From assembly GCA_020184695.1 (NCBI GenBank), contig JAANOX010000101.1, positions 147,830-211,829 on the forward strand: a stretch of 64,000 bases of DNA. The letters run 5' to 3'. Numbering within the stretch: position 1 is the stretch's first letter; every line of letters starts with the position of its first letter. Below, piece by piece: positions 1-11,000 of the stretch. Both the position numbers and the translations under genes were made by a program. Under the pieces are notes generated by a model. That model was not told the DNA's origin. It did not search any database and saw only the letters and a program-made list of their open reading frames with translations. The stretch comes from Histomonas meleagridis 2922-C6/04-290x. Taxonomy: Eukaryota > Protista > Parabasalia.

Positions 1-1312
1 TCCAATTTGAATCAATAATCATAAATGTATTTGAAGTAGTGAATGAAATACTTTGTGAATATGTATTTAATTTAGTGAATGTATAACTATGTGTAAATGT
101 ATTAGAATATATATTTGATTGTGAAAATGTATTTGATTGGGTGAGTGTGTTACTTTGAGTATATGTATTTGAGCCAGTAAATGAATTACTTTGTGTAAAT
201 ATATTGGAATATGTATTTGATTGTGTGAATTTTAATGTCGGGAATGGGTTACACTCTTCAATTATCGTTGTGTTAACTTTAAGATCACCAAACGAATTAT
301 CACTGTATGATGATGTGACCATAACTGTATGTGCTTGAATATCATCAAATGCGTTTTCTAAAATATTTGGTGATCTTTCTCCATAATAATATATGCATGT
401 GAGATTACTACAATTTTGAAATGCAGATTCTCCAATCGTATCTAATGTATTTCCAATATGAACTGTTTTTAAATTTCTACAACTTAGAAATGCTCTGCCC
501 TTAATTGTTTCAATATTATCTCCAAGATTAATAGTATTTAAACTTGAACATGAATAAAATGCATATTCACCAATTGATGTAATTGCATTCGGAAGTATTA
601 TACTTTGCATTTTACTGCAACTATGAAATGTATTATCATCAATCTCTGTAATATTTCCATAAATTTCAACGATTTCTAAATTAAGACATAATTGAAATGC
701 AGAATTTCTAAGTGTTGTAACTGATTTTGGAATAGTGAAATTTTGTAAATTTGAGCATTGATTAAATACAAGACGGTCAATTTCTGTTAATTTATTTCCA
801 ATATGAACTGTTTTTAAATTTCTACAACTTAGAAATGCTCTGCCCTTAATTGTTTCAATATTATCTCCAAGATTAATAGTATTTAAACTTGAACATGAAG
901 AAAATGCATATTCACCAACTGATGTAATTGAATTCGGAAGTATTATACTTTGCATATTTTTACATTCATAAAATGTATAATCTCCAATCTCTGCAATATT
1001 TCCACAAATTTCAACAATTTCTAAATTAATACATTCGCTAAATGCTTCATTCCCAAGTGTTGTAACTGATGTTGGAATTGTGATATTTTTCAAATTTGAA
1101 CAGTTACAAAATGCTTTTGCACCAATATTTTCAATTGTATTACTAAGTTCAATCGTACGAAGTGTTTCCCATTGACTGAATCCTTCATTTGGTATTGTTG
1201 TAACTCCTTCAATAATAATAACTTTCTCAACAAAAATTTGATAGTCTTTTAAATCAGTAATATTATCTTCTTTAGTTATTGTAAGTGTTTTAATATTTTT
1301 ATCATATGATTC
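1..1312 (-). CDS. BspA-like leucine-rich-repeat (TpLRR/LRR_5) surface protein, runs off the left edge; 5' end disrupted
   Basis: Manual minus-strand translation from 1312 is open to the window edge. It shows 23-aa repeats such as LPNSITSVGEYAFSSCSSL and IPTSVTTLGNEAFSECINL, then an S/T-rich SNTF/SNTY stalk. A near-identical internal duplication has a 345-nt offset (451 vs 796). An in-frame TGA at 1315-1313 separates it from a hydrophobic signal-like segment, and no good ATG was found. Confidence 0.8.
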
Positions 1313-2292
1313 TCAAAATATTTCCACAAAATAACAAGATATTAAAAATGGAATTACGTTTTTTGTGATGTTTGTTTGAATTTTATTTCTATTAATAAAA
1401 ATTCTTACATAATGAAAAAGAGAAATAATAATCAATAAAAATATAAAATAATAACAACAAAAATATTGAATATTTATTTCATAACTTTTATGATGTTTTA
1501 ATTCTTTTATGAAAGAAATCATAAAAAGTTTGAATTTTTTAATTCGTGAAATTATAATTTTAAAATAATCAAATAATTTTATAAATAAAGAAAAATTAGT
1601 TTGAAACAATTTATTTTTAAATAAAAGTATTTGCTTTATCAAAGAATTAATAGTAAAATACTGTATATGTTTGCTTAAAATATTAATTTTGTTATATTCT
1701 TGGGTAAAATTAAAAAATGATTTAAAAATTTGCTTTGATTTATCATTTTTATTTTGCAAAAAATACAAATCAGAAACACACCTTAGATCATTACTTGCTA
1801 TTGAGAGAGTTGAGAGTGTTACTAGATATGAAATCATGAGAAAGTCAGATTTTTTAGTTGATTTTTTTTTCTCCAAATTTGGCAGTTTACTGTGATCAAT
1901 TGACTTTCCAACCGAAATATATTTCACTGGGTCTGTTGCAATATTTGAAAGCTATCGTCACCAAGTTTCAGTATGAAAATGATCGGCAAATCGTCTTATT
2001 TTGGGATGGGACTGTCAACAAATTCGGGATACCATAGATGAAGCAATAAATAATCTGTCTATCATTGAGCATCAAACAGTATTAGAAACAGATGAACTTT
2101 TGTCACCAATAAATTTTAATCTTGCACTTTCTTTTACTCACCCTCGAGAACATACTTATCTCCATTGTTACTTTTTACCACTCAATTCAACGTCATTAAT
2201 TTTATTATCAAATTCTTTTATGAAAATATTGAGAAAATATCATAAAACCTTCAAATATAATGATGTAATATAATAATAGAAAGAATCCGTCA

Positions 2293-2363
2293 GCATCGCT
2301 GGTCTAATGGTAGAATTTCAGCTTGCCAAGCTGGGGGTCCGGGTCCGATTCCCGGGCGATGCA
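2293..2363 (+). tRNA. tRNA-Gly(GCC)
   Basis: Acceptor stem GCATCGC/GCGATGC, anticodon arm CAGCT-TGCCA-AGCTG, followed by a T6 Pol III terminator; the T-loop reads GTCCGA. Confidence 0.9.
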
Positions 2364-4086
2364 TTTTTTGATTTAATTTTTCCTGTGATAATGTTTTGGG
2401 TTTGGAATTTAGAGTAATTTTATAGAGTGTGAATTAATTTTTTATTATTCCTCAGTCAGTGGTGTTTTGAATGCGAAATTTGAGAATTTAAGAATTTGAA
2501 AAATGTTTATGCATAAGTTATTCTGATTGATGAAATTCTAATTAGGTTTATATTAGAAAACTCTTAAAGTTGGTTAAGAAATAAATCACTTCTAATTAAA
2601 GATTGAATATTATTTATTAATTTTTTTATATAAAGATGTTGTTTTTAATAGCTCGTATCTTAATAATATAGAAATTACTTCATATAATTGGATAATATAT
2701 TAGAATCTTATTTCGTTTGTTTCATTTGTATCAAAAAAAGTCAATCAAAGAACTGGAAATAAAACCGGAGATAACCATATTTTATAGTGTTATATGCTTT
2801 CGTGAGGATATGGTTAGAGAAATTTTATATTTTAAGTGCTCACACAAATTGTCACACCACTTCAAATACGATGTTAATTATTCAAGAAAATTATTTTTCA
2901 CGTAGCAATTCCTTGGATGTATTTATTTGTTTTTTCTGAGATCAGACACATTTCAATTGATTTATCCTCTGTACTAAATAATAAAACAACCGAAACATAT
3001 ATTTCATTTAGTTTAGACAAAGCAAAACCCAAAAAACGTTCTAAAAATATAAATCAATAAGCTTTAATTCCAAAATCTTTATCAACCAACTCCTTTCACA
3101 CACAGTTTATTAGTAGCACTGCTTTCAATTGAAATGTAAATCGATAATAGGTTTGAAAAGAAACCAACAGGTTTATGATAACGTCTGTGTGCTTTGATAG
3201 CTGCGTGTTTAATAAATGCGTTTCAAGTGAATGTGGAGGAGCAATTAAAGCTTCTGATTCAAACATAACAATCCATAATTGTATTTTCAAAAATTGTTCA
3301 TCTCTCTACGGTGGATTTACTTATAGCAGGTTTTCATAACCTTTTTCTCTTGAGTGCTCTTCAATCACTGGGAGTTTTGCTGAAAGATTTGGTGCAATAT
3401 TTTCAGGATCACTACATCATACACTTCAAGTATTTCTTATGCAAACCTACCCTATTGTGAAGCCAAAACTTACATTGCTGGCGTATGTTCGAGCTCACAG
3501 TACCAATGATGAAATTTGTTATAATCAAAAATACTTATGCTCCTAATTTTGGTGCAGTTTGGGACTGATCTGAAAAATTTGTCTTTGTACAATATCATCA
3601 CCGTCAATTTTATAATGTATTAAGTAATTACTTTCTTTCACTGGATGAGCAGACCACATGTTGGAGATTGCTTCTTTCCAGGTTCCAACGGCAAATCACC
3701 AAGTTATATCTCTGTTTATAGCTCACAATGCTTCATAAAAATCCAAAATTGTGTTTTTGATAAACTTCAGAATTAGTCCATCGGCGAACTATAAAAGGAA
3801 ATACAGTTTTGCAAAAAAAAAAAAAATAACACATTTAGATAATTTTTTATCTGCATTTAATTCAAATTATGATAGGAAAGGAATTTTTATATGTGAAAAC
3901 TTTTTATAAAAGGAAATTGTGAGCAAATCATTTCTAGAATTTTTAGATTTGAGAATTTAATAATTCAACTATTTCTTTATGACCATTTCGAGATGCATAC
4001 ATAAGTGATGTTTCAAGTAATTTATCAGTAAATAAAAAGAAAATTATGTTAGAAAATTTAAAAATTTACAAATAAGAATTCTTTGC

Positions 4087-4578
4087 TTAAACAACTTGAT
4101 TTTGTTCTTTTCTGAGAAAATATTCAGCAACAAGTTTCGGTGAAAAAGAAAGCAGAAGTCTCGATGAACACCAGACAGGTTCTTCTTTATCTGAAAGCAA
4201 AGTAAGAAATTTAGATTCTTCTTTGTTAAAATCAATGATTTTAATTGGTAACACGTCTGTTTTGTCTAAGTTTGCTACATTCACTGTTGAGGTATTGGGC
4301 GAATAATTGAAGAAAACATCTGTTGTTTTGAATTGTGGAAATTCTTGTGAAACCCAAATAGAATCAGGAGTCTGTGTTCCAGCCTCTCGTGTTTCTCCTG
4401 TATTATTGAGCCAAAAATTTGAAATTAAATATTCATGTCCTTCAAAAGTTGATTCAGGTTCCCATGAATATTTTTCTGTTGGTTCTTCAGAATCCCATTT
4501 GACCAAGTAAATTTTGGTTCCATCATCATTAGTTTTCTCCATAATGATGCTTAATGCATTTTTACTTTCGACTTCCAT
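4087..4578 (-). CDS. HP1-like chromodomain protein (chromo domain plus possible chromo-shadow C-terminus)
   Basis: YLVKW...SWEPESTF chromodomain motif; C-terminal PIKII...PKLVAEYF resembles a chromo-shadow domain. Start taken at the internal ATG (MEVESK, 4578). Confidence 0.75.
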   Translation of the reverse strand: MEVESKNALSIIMEKTNDDGTKIYLVKWDSEEPTEKYSWEPESTFEGHEYLISNFWLNNTGETREAGTQTPDSIWVSQEFPQFKTTDVFFNYSPNTSTVNVANLDKTDVLPIKIIDFNKEESKFLTLLSDKEEPVWCSSRLLLSFSPKLVAEYFLRKEQNQVV

Positions 4579-5453
4579 TTTACATTTCACTAAGTTTGTT
4601 TGCTTGAAAGCACTTTTTGTGCAATCGAAACAAATTTTGAGCTGTCTGATGGTAAGCAGCAACAACAAATCGAATACTTTATGTATTATTCAATTTTTTA
4701 TAAGTTCTGCCTTTGATTTGTAAATTCATTTTTTTTAAATGAACACCAGAAGTTTAAGGGTCGCGTCCGATTATAAATGCTTAAAATTTCCTTTGAATTT
4801 AGTCACTTTCCATTTAAATTCGTGTACGATACAATACACAAACGGTCATCTAAGCAAAGACTGGATGTACCAATTAACCACATCTAAACCAGTATATACA
4901 AGTATTGTTGAAAAAATGTTTATAATATTTTTATCTTCTGTTTTAATTTTGATTCCTTGTTGTGAGTATCGCTCACTCGTGGAGGAACGAATCTTGATGG
5001 ATTTATAACCGCAAAACTAATTCAAAAAGTTATTTTTTCTTCTTTGTCCAGAGCCTCCAATAATGAATAAATTGTTTCAAGAATTATCCTATTGATAATT
5101 TATAAAAAAATTGCAAAGACATATTTATGAATTTTTGCTCTGATCTATAGATATTGAAAATCTTGTATAACTTAAAAAAAGAATGAAAACTATAGAAAAA
5201 TTATATAAATTAATATTGACTATTATTAGTTCTATATATTTATTGAATTTGAACTTCTGTATTTAATCCTAAAACCCAAAAAAGCATTTTGAAATTTTGG
5301 AGATTTCTCATAAAAAAATAAGATAATAAAATTTGGTTAAGATAATTTTAATGAATAGAATGTGTATACTTATTTATTTTTTTTTAATTAAATTCAGTTG
5401 TAAATTAGAAAAAATTGATTTTCTGATTTGAAACGACCGTTTATTTGTTAGAA

Positions 5454-7429
5454 ATGCTCCAAAATCAAACAACAACAACAAACCAGAAATCTCAAAACGA
5501 ATGGGAAACATTTACAACTTTCGAAAACATAATCTTTGGTTTGAATAAAGATAATTTTGCTCAATCATCAAATTTTATTATCAGCAAATTTTGTAAGGAA
5601 TATCCAATATCTTATGATATCATTCTAATCCGAATGATATATACATCTCTTCTAATTGATAGTAATAATTTTGATATATATTTGAGATTATTACAAGAGA
5701 TTGAGAAATATGAAGAAAATAATAAAATCGACACAAAAATATTAAATTTATTTTCTCAATTTCTACTTAAAAGAAACACACAAGAATCATTTCATTTACT
5801 TAATTACATGATTAACTATAATTTACTTGAATCAAAAATCATACAAAATATACATAAACCATTTTTTGTTCATATTAATCAAGATAAATTAGATGAATAT
5901 AAATATTTATTTGATCAAGAAAATATTGCTTATGAAGAACTTTCAAAGAATGATTTTGAACTTCATAAGAAATATATTAAAGAAGGAAATAATCCAAATG
6001 AAATTGCTAAAATAATTCGAAATGATGAAATCGAAAAACTTCAAGAAATATCATCACAAACAAATTTTGATTTTAATCAAACATTTGAACCATCACTTTA
6101 TGAAAGATGTGATTTTGTTAATCAAGAAAATGTTACATTAATTGATTATGCAGCATTTTTTTCTGCAATAAAATGTTTTAAATATTTACTTATGAATGGT
6201 GCAAATATTAATAACTCAGGTAAATATGCAGTTGCAGGTGGAAATGAAGAAATCATTCATTTATGTGAACAAAATCATTCATCATTTGAAGGTGCATATG
6301 AAACAGCAATTATGTTTCATCAAAATAAGATCTTTAAATATTTTTATGAAAATAAAATTGAAGAGATTAACAAATTAAAAAAATTAGGAGAAAAATGCAT
6401 TTCATATTTTAATTATGAAATTTTTACATATTTAGAAAAAGAAGGAATGAAAATTAATGAAAATATCATTAAAAAAAAAAAAAAAATTGGAAATATTTTT
6501 CTTGTAAAATATTTCCTTAAAAATAATCAACTTCCAGAAAATATTTTAGTTTTTGCTTCATTTTCAGGAAATATTGAACTTGTTACATACATTTTAAAGC
6601 AAAAAGGAATTGATATTAATGCTAAAAATATTTATTTGTTTTATTTAATATTTATTTTAATATTTTTATATTTCAAAATAATATTTGGAAATTATTTCAA
6701 ATATTTGGAACAGCACTTATATATGCATCTGATGAAGGTTATACAGAAATAGTTAAATTACTTCTTGAGAAAGAAGGAATTGATATTAATGCTAAAAATA
6801 TTTATTTATTTTAATTGAAATTTATTTTAATAATTTTTTATTTCAAAATAATATTTGGAAATCATTTAAATTATTTGATACAGCACTTATATATGCATCT
6901 GATGAAGGTTATACAGAAATAGTTAAATTACTTCTTGAACAAGAAGGAATTGATATTAATGCTAAAGATATTTATTTGTTTTAATTGAAATTTATAATTC
7001 AAAATAATATTTGGAAATTATTTAAATTATTTAATACAGCACTTATTTGGGCATCATTAAATGGTCATACAGAAACAGTTAAATTACTTCTTGAACAAGA
7101 AGGAATTGATATTAATGCTAAAAATATTTATTTGTTTTATATAGAATTTATTTTAATAATTTTATATTTCAAAATAATATTTGGAAATTATTTCAAATAT
7201 TTGGAACAGCACTTATATATGCATCTGATGAAGGTTATACAGAAATAGTTAAATTACTTCTTGAGAAAGAAGGAATTGATATTAATGCTAAAGATATTTA
7301 TTTATTTTAATTGAAATTTATTTTAATAATTTTTTATTTCAAAATAATATTTGGAAATTCTTTAAATTACTTGAAACGGCACTTATATATGCATCTTATG
7401 ATGGTTATACAGAAATATTAATTACTTAA
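5454..7429 (+). CDS. DUF3447-like + ankyrin-repeat protein A; 5 ankyrin linkers interrupted by 17-nt intervening sequences
   Basis: Open N-terminal domain (IRNDEIEKLQ...TLIDYAAFFSAIKCFKYL...AVAGGNEEIIHL), then intact TALIYASDEGYTEIVKLLLE.EGIDINAK segments separated by 80/80/66/80/80-nt spacers. The end is inferred from the decoded frame (TAA 7427-7429). Confidence 0.8.
6630..7375 (+). other. Micro-exon array A: single codons spaced by 17-nt non-canonical inserts
   Basis: Decoded linkers NYGG, EFGD, EIYGN, RYGG, EFGE; the GGA lies exactly 23 nt before every Thr codon. Confidence 0.8.
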
Positions 7430-8058
7430 ATTAATTTGTAATGCATTACAAATGTATTTACTTTTACTAATTACTTTTAGAATCGGAGAAATTTACTAAT
7501 CTTTTATAAGGACTGTCTTTAATAAATTTTTTTCTCAAAAGTGTTTCAATTAAAGTCAGCCAATTTCGCTATTCGAACAACAGACTGTAACTTACATCAA
7601 AATCAGATAAATTTTCTGAATATTATAATTAAAGTGAGTTAAAATTAAAAAAAAAATATTTAACTTTGAAAAGTATTCGGACAATATACAGGACATTTTT
7701 GCTGTTAAGCAAAACATTTTTTTCATATTGTTTTTTAAAAGAGTTTATTTATGCACATGTAACAAATCCAATTTTTTTTTTGTATAATTCATTTTTTTAT
7801 TAGTTCTACTTTTGATTTGCATAATTTTAACAACAAACATTTCTTTCCAAATTGTTTTAAAAATAATTTGCCTATTCATATGCACACTAATCAAATCCGA
7901 TATTTTATAAGTTCTGCATTTGATTTGCACATTAAACAGCGAAACATTTTCACATTATTTTGTATTTAATTTGCACATGCGACAGTTCCAATGTTTTGCA
8001 ATTTCTTCCTTTGTTCGAAAACGACATTTTCACGTTACATTATGAATTATTTCTTTAT

Positions 8059-11000
8059 TTATTGCAAGTTCGCGAACTTCCACATGAGGGGGATCACGTC
8101 GTTCACCTCCTTACTGTTGGGTCCCATCTTCATGAAGAACTCCTTTATCATTGGCGTGAACAAGTTTCGTACTATTTCATTCTGTGCGATTTCCACTTTC
8201 CACTTCGCCAACACATTTAATATTTCGAAGTCGATGTAATTTTTGTTCTTTCTCACCAAATTATTTACGATGTTTTTAACTCTGTACATCACTTCGTAAT
8301 TATTTTCGACGAATTTCAACAATTCGATCAATGCTTCTTTCGAAGAAGACAAATAAATCGCTTTCATTAAGTTCTCGTCGCATAACATTTTCGCCCATGA
8401 ACATAATGCTTCAAATGGCCTTAAGTATATCGATTGCTTCGAATTATATTTCTCCAATTCATTTAATATTCGTTTTCCTAATCGAAGACAAAATTCGCAG
8501 TCTTCTTTATCAGATAATGTAGAAATGATCGATTCGATGGAGTTAGAGAACATTCCGCACGTTCTAAGTAATGGTTTATAGACTTCTTTGTCGAACTTGT
8601 TACGATTTCGATCACTGAACCATAAGTTTTTCACTTGTTGTTGATTCGTATCATTTATTGCATCACATAATTGGTGGAATATTTGGATAAAGGAATCATA
8701 CATTGATTCATATGACGAATGCTGACGTTTGAAACAGAAATTAAACGAAAAATTGACCAAATATTCTGACGATGATCGAATGTTAAATCCTTTAAATGCA
8801 TTCTCAATAAACATTGCGATTTGATCAGCTAGTGCTCCTCCTTGGATACCAATGTTTGTTAATATGGATATAGCTAATTGAACAATTCGATCATCTGATG
8901 ACAATAATAATGGCCCAATAAATTCACTTAAATATTGTTGATGTAATTTTCCCCATTCACTATCTCGTGGCATTTCTAATGTCAAATACTTTGGAGGAGT
9001 AATGAATTTAATTGGATTTGATTCTTTTGGTATTAATTCTCTGAATGTCATATTTTGACAGATGCCCTCACAAAGCATTGGGGCCTCCAGTTGGCAGAAT
9101 ACGGGTCCCATTTGATTTTTCATTGTTTTATTCAACGATTTGAGGATCGTAAACATTTCAATTGTCTGTATCGGCTTCATACCGATAACACTTTGAACTT
9201 TGAAATAATTAATAACAGAAGCAGAAATTGCTCTCCGAATATCAATATGAAGTTTAGGATCATTAACTATTTCATTTATATAATCCAAAGAATATTTAGG
9301 TATTGGCAAACCACAATATTGAGGGTCTAATAACCAAGTAGAAATTCTAATACGTGTATGTAATGTATAAGAATAATTATTTAATGATTTAATGGCAGAG
9401 ATAAATGACTGAAGAATTGCGTCTTTTTTGTTTTGGTTTGTTAATGATAACAAATATTTATTAACAATTTCAATGCAATTTGAATGGAATAAATCACATG
9501 TGAACATTTTGAAAAATAACTTATAAATAATATTATTTTCTTCTAATATCCAATTAATGTTTTTAGGTTTATCATCAAAATGAATTAATGTAAATATGAA
9601 ATTACAAATAGAATTCGAAAATTGTTTATCTTCAGCACCAATTTTATTCTTAATTACATCGGAATTTAATGATAATAACTTAATAAATGAATCATAAAAT
9701 ATATTAATGTTAATATTTTTGGATATTATTAAGTTATCATATATTATATTACATATTATTCCTAATAAATATTTCGTTGATTGATAATGTTTTAATCCAT
9801 CATTATTAAATCTTGATCGAAATGTAAGATGTCTTTCATTTCCATTATTATTATTATTTATTATATCTAAAACTTCGCCATTAGACTTTAAGAATAACTT
9901 CGGTAATGTTCGTGGATTTGGATTTTCTTTTGTAGGTTTAATATCTTCAATTAAAAAGTCATTAATTAATAAATTAATTAAATGACTAATTAAATCAATT
10001 GATTTATAATTTATATGTTTCCAATCTTTGATATATTTCTTTAATAAAAAGATAATATATTTAAGTCCGTCTCCATCTTCTTTAATTAATTCACATGCTT
10101 TTTCATAATTGTTAATATCAAATAATGGCTTTAATAATGTTTCTGTTACATTTGGTATCCATTTATCCATTAAAGGATTTTTACCTTTAGGTTTAACTTT
10201 AATGTTAACATTTTGTTCATTTCGTGTGTTACTATCAAATCTAGATTTTGATATATAGTAAGTAGTTGTTCCATGGGAATGTCTCTTTAATTTGGGTTTA
10301 ATTGGTCTATTTGAATAATAACCAGGTTTAATCTTAGAAACTTCTTTAGGCTTTTCATCATTCGTCTTTAATCTACAATAAATTGATATTGGTGTAATAT
10401 ATTCTATTTTAAGTTTAAATGAATAATTATCTTTAATTTCTTTTTTGATTTCTTCTGCTTTAGTTACTTCATAAGGTTTAAAGTTAAATACTTTATCAAT
10501 CATTTCAAACGTTTCAATACATTTATCATCATTAAATAATCGTTGAATAAATGAATCTTCTTTCATTAAATTACGTGTAAATAATATTGTCGACTTAGAT
10601 ATTTTTAATTCATATGAAAGATTAGTTAAACTCTTTAAATAAGTTTCTAATGTATTATTATTTTCATAATCAAATTCATCATATTTTGGTAAATTAATTT
10701 TTTGTGTTATTAAATCATTTTTGAAATTAATTCCTTTAATTAAATCAATTAAAATTGTTAAAACTTTTGTCGAAACATTTTCATATGTTTTAGGATCATA
10801 ATTATTAACTTTATCATATAAATATTTTAATACTTCTTTAAAGACTAATGTTGAAGAACTTAATTGTGATATATTAAATGAATTTATTAATTCATTTGTA
10901 TAAATATTTGTATTAATACATTTACCTTTAAATTGTTGATTAGCTTTTAATGAACATGGATCATTTAATATAATATTAACAAATTTCTTTGATAATAATA

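Noticed and set aside
1313-1927. 204-aa ORF upstream of the BspA-like gene
   Set aside because: I/F/K/L-rich translation of extremely AT-rich intergenic DNA; only the last ~15 codons look like a leader.
2341-2350. tRNA-Gly T-loop GTCCGA instead of GTTCGA
   Set aside because: A single substitution in an otherwise well-paired tRNA; not enough to call a pseudogene or novelty.
3090-3790. Possible decayed transposase remnant (locally higher GC, short broken ORFs)
   Set aside because: No recognisable catalytic motif, TIR or target-site duplication could be established by eye.
6630-6709. Ankyrin spacers as ordinary single GT-AG (or AT-AC) introns of 68 nt
   Set aside because: In the unit checked base by base, no sliding position gives GT..AG or AT..AC ends on either strand. 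There is no ACTAAC branch motif, and a single excision discards the conserved Gly island.
6800-6879. T4 gene 60-type single matched-codon hop (TTT take-off before TAA, TTT landing) giving IYLF-x-TAL
   Set aside because: It fits a few units, but many have no matched codon pair or stop immediately (KN-V*, KD-I*). It also does not explain the Gly at -23 or the sense codons at 20-nt spacing.
6985-7248. ORF-track peptides such as IWKLFKLFNTAL or IFGNYLNYLIQH as genuine protein sequence
   Set aside because: They are read-through of the inserts. The same positions contain TAA/TAG/TGA in other units (e.g. 17557-59; TGG TAA at 45817-22).
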